A stretch of DNA of 64,000 bases, taken from NCBI GenBank assembly GCA_963796105.1, contig CAWCKJ010000004.1:832001-896000 (forward strand), written 5' to 3'. Source of the DNA: a candidate division FCPU426 bacterium. GTDB lineage: Bacteria; Oederibacteriota; Muellerivitia; Muellerivitales; Muellerivitaceae. How positions within the stretch are numbered: the first letter of the stretch is position 1; every line of letters begins with the position of its first letter. Below the pieces are notes generated by a model. The model was not told the origin of the DNA, did no database searches, and saw nothing but the letters and a program-made list of their open reading frames with translations. The translations under genes and the position numbers were made by a program. This document shows positions 17,530 to 26,871 of the stretch, one piece after another.

Positions 17530-19077
17530 TCAAAGCTGGTAATAGGCCGATCCCCGTACGTTGTCGTGCAGGGGAAGGGGTAAACACACCACTTGGCTTT
17601 CCAAGGGACGCTGATCCAGGCCGGTCTTGAGGATGGACTGGATGCTCCTTCGGGAAACAGCGTTGGAAGCCAAAGCGCGCGAGCAGGCGGCGTTGAGCCT
17701 CGCCGCGCCGAACTGCTTGGAAAGTTGGATAAGTCCCAGACAGGCCCGGTAACCCTGCTGGGGATGAACTTTGGAAGCCAATATCTGTTCCACGCATTTC
17801 TCGACTGAATCCCCCAGCGAATGAGCCCAGCGCAAAAGTCTTTCGGGGCTCCAATCCCCGTAGTCCTTGTGATTCTTGGGCATATGGTCCTTGCAGGTAG
17901 TGTGATAGCCTTTCACGAAGGACCGTAAATGGCTGGCCACCCGCTTGTGTTGGTGGAAACATTCCACGATGGAGGATGTGGTTCGAACCCAAATACTTTG
18001 GCCGACCAATTGGTAGGGAATGCTGTAATAGTGTCGGTCGATTTCGACGTGGTAGTCGATATGCACCCGGGCTTGTTTCCATTGGGCGAAGTCGTAGGGA
18101 ACCTCAGGAAGAGGCTTCAAAAGGGGCTTTTCCAGCTCCTCAAAGAGGGACTTTCGGGAACCGGGAATCTTCTGGAAGGGTTTGGCATTGAACTTCACCA
18201 AAAGCTCGGCGATGGCCTCGTTGAGGTCGGCGAGGGAGAAAAATTGCCGGTGGCGAAGAACCGCTAGGATTTGACGCTCGATATCCTGAACGCCTTTTTC
18301 TACCTTGGCCTTGTCCCTTGGTTTTCGGACCCGGGCCGGAAGGATGGCAGTACCGTAATGGTTGGCGAGTTCCTGGTAGGTGGCATTGGGTTGGGGCTCA
18401 TAGCGGCAAGGACGGGTAATGCCGCTTTTGAGATTGTCGGGAACTATCAACTCGTGGATACCACCGAAGAATCTGAAAGCCCTTTGGTGGGAGGCGATCC
18501 AATCTGGAAGTCCCTGGGTCCAGGTGGCCTCGGCATAGGCGTAATTACTGGCGCAGGACACGGCCACGAAGATTTGGGCTTCACGAATTTCCCCGGTCAA
18601 GCGATCCACAACGGGCATGGTTAGGCCGGCGTAATCGACCATTAACTTTTCACCGGCCTTGTGGTCCAACCGCATGGAAACATCCAAGGTTTGGGTCCAG
18701 TCCCGGTAGAGCCCGAAGAAACGGCTTCGCAGGTATCCATCGGGATGGATATTCTTGTACTCTTGCCACAAGAGCTCCATGGTAACGCCCTTGCGTTTAA
18801 GTTCCTGGTGGATTTGATTCCAGGTGGGCAGGGGTCTGGATTTATTTCTGGGTTCGATGGGACCCGAGGGGAATAGTCGTGTTTCCAACGTGGCATCGTC
18901 CAAATCGGCTGGAAGCGGCCAAACCAACCCGGCTTTCTGCGCCCTGATGATATATTCCCGAACAGTTGTTTCGCCTAGTCCACAGCCTCGGGCAATATTT
19001 CGAAGACTCAGCCCCTTCTCGTACTTCAACCGCAATACTTCCCTGATTTGACGCATGGATGAACGCTCCCTTGGCAT
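17530..19077 (-). CDS. istA: IS21 transposase
   Basis: N-terminal HTH, VDYAG, VPDNLK, PRDKAKVE DDE motifs, YSIPY; AAGGAGG RBS before MPRERS. Confidence 0.95.
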   Translation of the reverse strand: MPRERSSMRQIREVLRLKYEKGLSLRNIARGCGLGETTVREYIIRAQKAGLVWPLPADLDDATLETRLFPSGPIEPRNKSRPLPTWNQIHQELKRKGVTMELLWQEYKNIHPDGYLRSRFFGLYRDWTQTLDVSMRLDHKAGEKLMVDYAGLTMPVVDRLTGEIREAQIFVAVSCASNYAYAEATWTQGLPDWIASHQRAFRFFGGIHELIVPDNLKSGITRPCRYEPQPNATYQELANHYGTAILPARVRKPRDKAKVEKGVQDIERQILAVLRHRQFFSLADLNEAIAELLVKFNAKPFQKIPGSRKSLFEELEKPLLKPLPEVPYDFAQWKQARVHIDYHVEIDRHYYSIPYQLVGQSIWVRTTSSIVECFHQHKRVASHLRSFVKGYHTTCKDHMPKNHKDYGDWSPERLLRWAHSLGDSVEKCVEQILASKVHPQQGYRACLGLIQLSKQFGAARLNAACSRALASNAVSRRSIQSILKTGLDQRPLESQVVCLPLPLHDNVRGSAYYQL

Positions 19078-19350
19078 TCCGACCTCCTTGGTTTTGGAAC
19101 AACCAAAAAAGGCCAAGAATAACCCTGTTGAAGGTTATCCCGCATCGTTCGCCCTCCCTTCAAACCCTAGAAATAGCTTTCTAGGGGTGCACGCTTTCGA
19201 TTGGATTAGGTGCGCGCTTTGGATTGGATTTAGTGCGCGGATTCGATTGGATTGGGTGCGCGCTTTCAATTGGAATATGCAGCAACCTAGGATAACCTGG
19301 TGACACCTACCGGCATGGGGGGATAAACTGCCCACATTTCCGCCGACCGA

Positions 19351-19490
19351 CTATGAACATGGGTGAAACTCCTATGGTCATAAGGCAGGGGTCCTATGAA
19401 CATGGCCGGTTCCCCTTTGGTCATGGGTCGGACTCCAAGGGACATGAAGCTGGCCCCTTAGGGTCATTGGGTCGGTTCTTGGGAGCATGG
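19351..19490 (+). repeat. Degenerate 21/22-bp periodic array
   Basis: CTATGAACAT/CTATGGTCAT-like units with CAT at 19358, 19379, 19401, 19422, 19443, 19465 and 19486. Confidence 0.65.
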
Positions 19491-19546
19491 TTCAAGATTT
19501 CTGCCAATTCTTGCCCTCCGGCGGGACAAACTTGGGTCCTAGAATA

Positions 19547-19614
19547 TTGTGCGAATCAAAAAAGTTGCGCGATTCGACCTGTAAAGTTGCGCGAATCTAA
19601 ATGTTGCGCGATTC
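19547..19614 (+). repeat. Four short direct repeats (G)TTGYGCGAWTC
   Basis: Copies at 19547, 19564, 19586 and 19603. Confidence 0.7.
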
Positions 19615-19775
19615 CGGACGGGTATTTTCCAATTTTGTCCAGCGGCTGGACAGGATCTTCTTTAAAACGAATGTTCCAATGCGAATTTACTTGGAATTAT
19701 TGGAATATTTGACTTTTAAACCATATGGGTATATGTTTAACACATAGAGTTTAACATTAAACTTAATGGTGATCT

Positions 19776-20060
19776 ATGGATAGGTTGAATCAAATCAACC
19801 AAATCCTGGATTCCTGTCTGACAACAGAAACTTTAGCCCAGGTCAATCCTTCCGTCAGTCATTCGGAAGATATGCTCATCAACACTTCCTCATTACAGGA
19901 TCAGCACCGCCAGGTGCAAATCGCCCTGTTGGAAAAGGTTGGAGCAAGGATTGAGGTCGAACTCGGGGATTCCATCAAGGACCAAGAGGTAGTCCTGGTG
20001 TGCCAAAGGATCGACCAATTCCTGGTCCAGCGGGGATTTTTTATAAGGTCTATTCTTTAA
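19776..20060 (+). CDS. Hypothetical protein
   Basis: 94-aa ORF with TTGACT-N17-TATGTT promoter-like sequence at 19710-19738; no recognised motif. Confidence 0.5.
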   Translation: MDRLNQINQILDSCLTTETLAQVNPSVSHSEDMLINTSSLQDQHRQVQIALLEKVGARIEVELGDSIKDQEVVLVCQRIDQFLVQRGFFIRSIL

Positions 20061-20240
20061 AAACCCACCCAGTTGTTTCTTCTCGTCCCATCAAAATATT
20101 TTGCGCCTATGTACAATGCACCTGTGGTCTATTGTTTTTTTTAACTTCCCCCTCTTTCAGAGGGGGAGATGTAGTGCATCCAGATTGAATTTGCCAAAGT
20201 CGAGTTACTGAATGAATTTTTGAGGGAAGAAAGAAGAGAT

Positions 20241-21479
20241 TTAGTTGCTGAATTGGGACTTGATGGAGAGGATTTTTTCCAAGTTGTTGTTGAAGGCCTG
20301 GGCGATGTTGGGATCGAAATGATGCCCCGTGCCGTCCTTGATGATCTTCAAGGAGTCCCCCAGGGAAAAGGCCGGCTTATAACAGCGCTTGGTCGTGAGG
20401 GCGTCAAACACGTCCGCCAGGGCCACGATGCGTCCCGATAGGGGGATCGTCTCGCCCTTCAATCCTTTTGGATAACCGGACCCGTCCCATTTCTCATGGT
20501 GCGACAGCGCGATTTCCTCGGACACCTTTAACAGCTCGTCCTTGGCGTTCTCCAGAATCTTCCCGCCAAAAATCGTATGATTTTGCATTTCCTTGAATTC
20601 CGCCGGCGTCAATTTCCCCGGCTTCATGAGAATGGCGTCCGGAACCCCCAATTTCCCGATGTCATGCATGGGGGAAGCGTAGCGGATATTTTCCACCTCA
20701 TGGTGCGACAATCCCAATCCCTCGGCCAGGACCGCGGAGTACCGGCTCATCCGGTGGAGGTGGGAGGCGGTGTCGTCATCCTTGTATTCCGCGGCAACCG
20801 ACAGGCGGAAGATAGTGTCCAAGTAAGCGTCCTTAAGCTCCTGGGTCAGCCGGGCGTTCCCTAACGCGATGGCGGCTTGGCTGGCCAGGGACAGGACCAG
20901 GTTCTCGAAATGTTTTTGAAAGGGAATGACCTTTTTTTTCTTTCGCGCGTTAATGAGCTGGATGACCCCCACCACCTTGCCCGAGGGGTCCTTCATGGGC
21001 ACCATCAGCATGCTTGTGGTGTGGTAATTGTTTTTCTGGTCGAAAGAGGGGTTGTGCTTGTATTCCTTGCTCTTGGGGATCTTATAGGCATCCGGAATGT
21101 TCAGGACCTTGCCGGTGGAGCCCACGTAGCCCGCCAGGGAGCTCTTGTCCAGTGAAACATAAAATCCCGTGAAGGTCGAGGGAACCACGTCCACGGGCTT
21201 ATTCTGGGCCTTCACTTCCGCCTTCCTGCGGGCGTCCAAGACGTCATTCTGGCTCACGGAAAAACGAAGCTGGTTCCCCTCGCGCACATAAAGGCTTCCC
21301 GCCTCGGAGTTGGTGAACTGCCGGCTCTCCGTGAGGATGAGGGTCAGGAGCTGGTTGAGATCCTGTTCCTTGGTCAGGGCGATCCCGATTCGGTTCAGCG
21401 ACATCAATTGTTCCTGGAGGCCGCTCGCGGTGATTTTGGTGGGCATTAAAATTTCCTTGGAAATGGTTCCATTGGCCAT
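20241..21479 (-). CDS. GAF + HD-GYP cyclic dinucleotide phosphodiesterase
   Basis: GAF (SMLMVPM, GVIQLIN); HDIGK, HHEKWDGSGYP, ADVFDAL...R.YK. Confidence 0.92.
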   Translation of the reverse strand: MANGTISKEILMPTKITASGLQEQLMSLNRIGIALTKEQDLNQLLTLILTESRQFTNSEAGSLYVREGNQLRFSVSQNDVLDARRKAEVKAQNKPVDVVPSTFTGFYVSLDKSSLAGYVGSTGKVLNIPDAYKIPKSKEYKHNPSFDQKNNYHTTSMLMVPMKDPSGKVVGVIQLINARKKKKVIPFQKHFENLVLSLASQAAIALGNARLTQELKDAYLDTIFRLSVAAEYKDDDTASHLHRMSRYSAVLAEGLGLSHHEVENIRYASPMHDIGKLGVPDAILMKPGKLTPAEFKEMQNHTIFGGKILENAKDELLKVSEEIALSHHEKWDGSGYPKGLKGETIPLSGRIVALADVFDALTTKRCYKPAFSLGDSLKIIKDGTGHHFDPNIAQAFNNNLEKILSIKSQFSN

Positions 21480-21545
21480 TTAAAAATACCCCCGAAAGGG
21501 GCAAATAACAAGGGGTTTGCCACTTTTGGCATGCCTGATTCTTTC

Positions 21546-21962
21546 CTAGAGTTTCTTGAGAATCTCCGCGGGGATAGGGGTTGGATTGAACTGGTTATTG
21601 ATGAAGACCATGACTTGGCGGGCGTCCACAATCAATTTTTTGGAGCCTTTCATGCGGAATTCGTAGGCCAAGGTCATGGAGGTTTTCCCGACTTTCTCGA
21701 TCCAGCCCGTGCCCAGGAGAATATCCTCGAAATGGGCTGGGGCGCGGTAGTTGATCTCCACCCGGGCCATGACCACCCAAACCTTCGCGTTGCGCACCTG
21801 CTTGAAAGAAAAGCCGAACTTCTTGCCGAGGGCATACCGGACCCTCTCGATATACCTCAGGAACTCGGTATTATTGACCACTCCCAGGAAGTCTGTCTCA
21901 AAGGACAAGACGGGAAGCTCGACCGTCGCGCTGTGCCTGACCCCAATGGATTTATTCGCCAT
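21546..21962 (-). CDS. Acyl-CoA thioesterase (4HBT/YbgC-like hotdog fold)
   Basis: ETD..GVVNN..FLRYIE..R, EINYRAPA.F.D, VGKTS. Confidence 0.85.
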   Translation of the reverse strand: MANKSIGVRHSATVELPVLSFETDFLGVVNNTEFLRYIERVRYALGKKFGFSFKQVRNAKVWVVMARVEINYRAPAHFEDILLGTGWIEKVGKTSMTLAYEFRMKGSKKLIVDARQVMVFINNQFNPTPIPAEILKKL

Positions 21963-22036
21963 AAAATTCCCCCCCTTCTCACGCTTACTACTCATCAGTT
22001 ATTTTAACTTATGGGTACTTCTAAAATTCATTCAGA

Positions 22037-22124
22037 CCCTCGCCCTGCGGGAGAGGGTAGGGTGAGGGGTAATAAATCAAAGTATTTCACCCTCATCCCG
22101 ACCTTCTCCCCTCGAGGGAGAAGG
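22037..22124. repeat. REP/BoxC-like palindrome doublet
   Basis: CCCTCGCCCTGCGGGAGAGGGTAGGGTGAGGG followed by an inverted copy CCCTCATCCCGACCTTCTCCCCTCGAGGGAGAAGG. Confidence 0.7.
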
Positions 22125-22186
22125 TGACCATCAATTATTATAGACCCCTTTATGGGCGTCCTCTTGCCCCGGAGAAACCCCCCTTG

Positions 22187-25100
22187 TCACCATTCCACCG
22201 GGCACTTCAGGATTTCCCCGGACTGCTTATGCGCGAAAAGGACGTGGCCCTTCTCTTTCCCGAACTTCCAAAGGTCGTGGGTGAGCTTCACGTCCTGTTT
22301 GCAATAATCGATCACCTGATCGTATTTGCCCTCTCGCCACCATTGGACCGCGAGCATGCCGTCGGCGGATTTTTCCGCGCCTCCCAGGGTATGCTGGGCC
22401 AGGTGGGCGAGGGAGAGCCTGTGTTTCAGCTTCTTCTGGATATCCGCCATGAGGTCCAGGGTCGGCAGGGTCTCCATCCGGAAAGAGGTGTAGCCCTGGA
22501 TCACGCCGTAGTCAAAGCGGAGGGTGTTGAAGCCGATCACGAGGCTGGAGGCTTTCAAGTGCGCGATCAGGTCCTTGACGTTTTCCTCCACGTAGGTGAA
22601 ATACTTGCCGAGGTCCACGTCATAAACCACCGCGCAGGAGAGCTTCATGCCTGGCAGGTTGCTCCAGCCTCCCGGGACTTCGGCTGAAAGGAACTGGGTC
22701 TCAATGTCAAAAACGACTTTCCCGGTTTTCTCCGGTACCGGGTCGTTGGAAATTTTCGGGCCCGGGGCTAAGCCGGCCGCTTTCGGGTGGATGCTATTGC
22801 TTGGCCCTTTGTCCTGGGCCGGGTTGACGCTTTCGGTATTATCCATTCTTTGCCCTTTCGTATTAAAAGATTCCTCGGCGTAGATCAAATTTTGTCGCGC
22901 CCAGCCGGAGGCCGGCTTCCAATCCTCCCGGCCCAGGATATGGCCCAGGATCAGGAGAGCCCCCTTCTTATCCAACGGGTGGTTGCCGCTTCCGCATTTG
23001 GGGGATTGCACGCAGGAGGGACAGCCGTCCTCGCACTCGCAGTCGCGGATCATCTCGAAAGTCGTGGTTAAAAGCTCCTCCATGGTCTCATACGCTTTTT
23101 CCGAGAGCCCGACTCCGCCGGGGTAGCCATCATAGATGAAGATGACCGGCTGGGGCACCTGGGGATGGGCGGGAGTGGAAATGCCCCCCAGGTCCCACCG
23201 GTCGCAGACGACATGAAGGGGCATCATGGCGATGGTTCCGTGCTCGGCGGCGTGCAGGCCCCCCATGAAATGGATTTTCTTCTCCGACAGGTTTCTCTGG
23301 AGCCAATCCGGAAGCGACATCCAAAGGGCCCTGGTCTCGAAAGTTTGCGGGGGAAGCGTGAGGGGATAGGTGGAAACCAGGGACCGGTCCACGATGCGGT
23401 GGATTTCATAATTGATGAACCTTTGGGTGATCCTGACCCTTCCCCACTTGATGGCGCATTGGGCGGAGCCCTTGCCGAGAGTCCTTTGCTTCAATTCCTC
23501 CAGGATGGTGGTCTCCTCCTCATAGTTGACTTGGGTGTAGTAATCCACCGGCTCGTCGGAAACCAGGATCTTGCGCTGTTCCCATTGAAGGTCCTTCACC
23601 ACGTACTGCGCGCCCTGGTGAAGATAGACCGCCCCGGGATGGCAGTCCCGGAAGGCCCTCATGCCGTCAATGGTGCCGATCATCTCGCCGGTATCCTGGA
23701 GGATGATCTGGTACCCCTCCCCCATGTCCCGAATGCTGATGGCCCTTTGGGGATTCTTGTCCGTGACCATCCATTTTTCACCGCCGGCCGATTCCAGAAT
23801 TTGCCCTTCCCTCACGAGGGAAGGAAGGAGGTCCGGGAGAAGCTTGCCGTAGAATTCCTCATCCCCGCTGGTCAAGGGGATCTCGGCCGCGGCGCACCGC
23901 AGGTGAGCCCGGGCGATGGTCTCGTTCTCAAATCCCACCATCAGGGACTCCGGCTTCATCGTGAAGAATTTCGAGGGATGTTTCATCCAGTACTGGTCCA
24001 TGGCGTCGGCCATGCCCACGAGAAAAACCGCGGACGGCGCCGAGCCCCTGCCCACGCGCCCGGAGCGCTGCCAGGTGGAGATCATGGTTCCCGGATAACC
24101 CACCAGGATGCAGGCGTCCAGCCCGCCCACGTCGATGCCCACCTCCAGGGCCGAGGTGGAGATGACCGCCTTGAGCTTGTCCTGGAACAGGAGCGCCTCG
24201 ATCTCGCGCCTCTCCTCTGGTAGATAACCAGCCCGGTAGCTTTTGATCTGGGAGGTCCACTCCGGGCGGGCCTGGGTGATCCACATGCTGATGAGTTCCG
24301 TGATTTTCCTGGCCTTGGTGAAGACGATGGTCTTCATCCCGGCCTTGAGGCATTCCGCCAGCAGGGTCACAGCCTCGGTATAGGGGGAGGTCGTGTCAGG
24401 ATTCCAAAGAACGAATGTTTTCTCGTTTTCGGGGGCCCCGGATTCGTCAACGATCTCATAATCCAGCCCGGTCAAATCCCCCAGGAACTCCGAGGGATTC
24501 CCCAGGGTTGCTGAGCAGGAAATGAATTGAGGCTGGGATCCGTAATAACGGCAGACCCGCCGGAGCCTGCGGAGGACATGCGCCACATGGGCGCCGAATA
24601 TGCCCCTATAGCTGTGGGCCTCATCCACCACCACGTATTTCAGGTTCTTGAAAAACTCCACCCAACCGTCGTGATAGGCGAGAATCCCCAGGTGGAGCAT
24701 GTCAGGATTGGAAAGGATGATCTGGGGAGGGTTCTTGCGGATACGGGCGCGCATTCCGGAGGCGGTGTCGCCGTCATAGATCTCGGCCTTGAAGACCGGA
24801 AGCTTGGCGGATTTGAGCAGGCTCATCCACTCCTGTAGGGTTTTTAACTGGTCCCGCGCCAGGGCTTTCATCGGGTAAAGATATAACGCGCGGGATTTGG
24901 GGTCTTTGAGGAAGGAATGAATGACCGGGAGGTTGAAACAAAGGGTTTTCCCCGATGCGGTCGGGGTGGTGATTGCGACATTTTTCCCGCTCAACAACAA
25001 CTCCAGGGCTTGGGCCTGATGGATCCAAAGCCTTTGGATTCCTGTTTTTTCAAGAAGACTCACGATTTCTTGGTCCAATGCCTTCGGAAAACCGCTGTAT

Positions 25101-25222
25101 CGGGAGGGTTTTGATTTCAACAATTCCACATGCTGGATCCGGTCTTTTAAATCCTTGCTGGTTCTCAAGCGGTTCAGCAAGGGGGCGAGAGGATAGGTTG
25201 GGGACGGGGCTTTAAAAACCAT
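22187..25222 (-). CDS. DEAH helicase with DUF1998 (MrfA/YprA/Hrq1-like) fused to a C-terminal DEDD exonuclease (MrfB/YprB-like)
   Basis: TPTASGKT, DEAH, SAT, YRAGY, QRSGRVGR, YDGYPGGVG, CECEDGCPSC; C-terminal FDIET, GFN..RFD, YCKQDV. Confidence 0.9.
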   Translation of the reverse strand: MVFKAPSPTYPLAPLLNRLRTSKDLKDRIQHVELLKSKPSRYSGFPKALDQEIVSLLEKTGIQRLWIHQAQALELLLSGKNVAITTPTASGKTLCFNLPVIHSFLKDPKSRALYLYPMKALARDQLKTLQEWMSLLKSAKLPVFKAEIYDGDTASGMRARIRKNPPQIILSNPDMLHLGILAYHDGWVEFFKNLKYVVVDEAHSYRGIFGAHVAHVLRRLRRVCRYYGSQPQFISCSATLGNPSEFLGDLTGLDYEIVDESGAPENEKTFVLWNPDTTSPYTEAVTLLAECLKAGMKTIVFTKARKITELISMWITQARPEWTSQIKSYRAGYLPEERREIEALLFQDKLKAVISTSALEVGIDVGGLDACILVGYPGTMISTWQRSGRVGRGSAPSAVFLVGMADAMDQYWMKHPSKFFTMKPESLMVGFENETIARAHLRCAAAEIPLTSGDEEFYGKLLPDLLPSLVREGQILESAGGEKWMVTDKNPQRAISIRDMGEGYQIILQDTGEMIGTIDGMRAFRDCHPGAVYLHQGAQYVVKDLQWEQRKILVSDEPVDYYTQVNYEEETTILEELKQRTLGKGSAQCAIKWGRVRITQRFINYEIHRIVDRSLVSTYPLTLPPQTFETRALWMSLPDWLQRNLSEKKIHFMGGLHAAEHGTIAMMPLHVVCDRWDLGGISTPAHPQVPQPVIFIYDGYPGGVGLSEKAYETMEELLTTTFEMIRDCECEDGCPSCVQSPKCGSGNHPLDKKGALLILGHILGREDWKPASGWARQNLIYAEESFNTKGQRMDNTESVNPAQDKGPSNSIHPKAAGLAPGPKISNDPVPEKTGKVVFDIETQFLSAEVPGGWSNLPGMKLSCAVVYDVDLGKYFTYVEENVKDLIAHLKASSLVIGFNTLRFDYGVIQGYTSFRMETLPTLDLMADIQKKLKHRLSLAHLAQHTLGGAEKSADGMLAVQWWREGKYDQVIDYCKQDVKLTHDLWKFGKEKGHVLFAHKQSGEILKCPVEW

Positions 25223-25355
25223 GAAAGGATTGTAAGTCCTTCAAAGATGATTTCAATGGCCCTCTCTTGAATAACTAAAATGACCTGGCAGGATTCATGA
25301 AGGAAAGCCTCTAACCGCGGGATTCATTCAAGAAAAACAAAAAGAGGCCCGGAGC

Positions 25356-25398
25356 AATAAAAAGGCCGGAAGTTCTGTGAACCCCCGGCCTTTTATTT
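25356..25398. terminator. Intrinsic terminator downstream of dnaN
   Basis: AAAAAGGCCGG..GTTC/GAAC..CCGGCCTTTT hairpin with A/T tails on both sides. Confidence 0.7.
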
Positions 25399-25419
25399 AT
25401 TCCAGCTGAACGGATTGAG

Positions 25420-26538
25420 CTAAACCCTCATTGGCATGATCACGCAGAGATAATCCGGGTCGCCCTTGGGCCGAATCACCCCCGGGCTAAGCGGCTGGGT
25501 CAGCTCCAGAAGAACCGTTTCGGTGCCGATATTCTTCAGGACATCCAGGACATATTTGGAATTGTAAGCGATGGCGATTTCCTCTCCCTTATAATCCACC
25601 TCGATCTCCTCCTGGGCCTCCCCCATATCGGGTGTTTTAGAGGAAATGGAGATTTTCCCGTTCTTGGCCTGGTAGCGGATGGAATTCGATTTTTCGGAGG
25701 TCAGAACCGCGACGCGGCGGGTCGCCGCGGAAAGTTCGGCGGTGGAGGCCTCAATTTTCTTGTCGGCCTCTTTTGGAATAACCTGATCGTAATTCGGGAA
25801 CTGACCGTCAATCAACCGGGAGACAATTTCGACATCGTTGACGTTGAACTTGATTTGGTTATCCGTCGCGATCACTTCGACAATGATCTCATTTTCTTTC
25901 CCTTTGCCCACGTCCGAAATGACCTTGGACAGCTCATTTAATGTCTTTGTCGGGATGATAACGCTGTATTTTTCATCCGACTTGTTCTCGAGTTTTTTCT
26001 GGATGAAAGCCAATCGGTGGCCGTCGGTAGCCACCATTTTTACTTTTCCTCCCTCGGCCTGGAAGAAAACCCCATTGAGGACATAGCGCGTCTCGTCGGT
26101 TGAGACGGCGAAAAGGGTTTTTCGGATCATATCCTGCAGGAGCAACCCGTTTATTTTTAAAACCTTATCTTTTTTGACTTCCGGCAAGATAGGAAAATCA
26201 TCCTTGGGGAGGCCATGAATCTTAAAATTGGACTTTTGACAGACCAAAATCATCTTATGATTGTCGTCGATCTCAAAATCAACGGAAGCTTCCGGCAGTT
26301 CCCGAACGATATCCGACAATTTTTTAGCGTTGATTGTGATGCTTCCCTTCTCAACCACCTCAGCTGGAACACTGCATCGGATGCCCATATCCAAATCCGT
26401 CGCCACAAACTCCAATTTTTTGTCCCTGGCTTCCAGCAGGACGTTTGCCAATATCGGCATGGTATTTTTAGCCGCGACAGCGTTTTGAACGGTATTGATT
26501 CCCTTTAAAAGGTCGGCCCTAGCCAGAACCACTTTCAT
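25420..26538 (-). CDS. dnaN: DNA polymerase III beta clamp
   Basis: PILANVL, ATDLD, DETRYVLNG, VATDGHRL, SRLIDGQFPNY, VIMPMR. Confidence 0.98.
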   Translation of the reverse strand: MKVVLARADLLKGINTVQNAVAAKNTMPILANVLLEARDKKLEFVATDLDMGIRCSVPAEVVEKGSITINAKKLSDIVRELPEASVDFEIDDNHKMILVCQKSNFKIHGLPKDDFPILPEVKKDKVLKINGLLLQDMIRKTLFAVSTDETRYVLNGVFFQAEGGKVKMVATDGHRLAFIQKKLENKSDEKYSVIIPTKTLNELSKVISDVGKGKENEIIVEVIATDNQIKFNVNDVEIVSRLIDGQFPNYDQVIPKEADKKIEASTAELSAATRRVAVLTSEKSNSIRYQAKNGKISISSKTPDMGEAQEEIEVDYKGEEIAIAYNSKYVLDVLKNIGTETVLLELTQPLSPGVIRPKGDPDYLCVIMPMRV

Positions 26539-26554
26539 TGAAAACTCCTTCGAC

Positions 26555-26870
26555 TATAAAGATTTAATTTTAAAATTTAACAGTATCAGTAGTAGGCATG
26601 GAGGATATGTGTAAAGATGCCTGAAATGCTTTATTCCGCAAAGATTAACAACGTTTTTTGTCGGGGTATAAACTGGGGATATTATAGAACAAATCCACAA
26701 CCCCGCAACCCTTTTGGTTTTTCACGATTCTTACGCACAAGTTTTTCAAAACTCATCAATCTTATTGTGTAAATCTCGGCTAGATATTCCCCCTGCGGGG
26801 AAAAATATTTTTTATGCCTGGATAAGAAGTGAATGGTTTGTGGAAAAAGAGGGAAAAGACGGGGAAAAAA
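26555..26870. other. oriC, unwinding part (dnaA-dnaN intergenic)
   Basis: AT-rich tract 26555-26580; DnaA-trio-like run TAA CAG TAT CAG TAG TAG (26578-26595); adjacent box TGTGTAAAG (26608-26616); further degenerate boxes (AAATCCACA 26691, TGTGGAAAA 26840). Confidence 0.75.
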
Positions 26871-26871
26871 C

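Larger units (their letters stand above)
16581..19281 (-). mobile_element. IS21 family insertion sequence, 2701 bp
   Basis: istA + istB; terminal IRs TGCATATTCCAATTGAAAGCGCGCA / TTCATAATCCAACGAAAGCGCGCA with several subterminal repeats; 5-bp target duplication GCAAC at 16576-16580 and 19282-19286. Confidence 0.95.

Noticed and set aside
23165..24223. Long antisense ORFs over the helicase and other GC-rich genes
   Set aside because: Shadow ORFs produced by codon bias on the coding strand.
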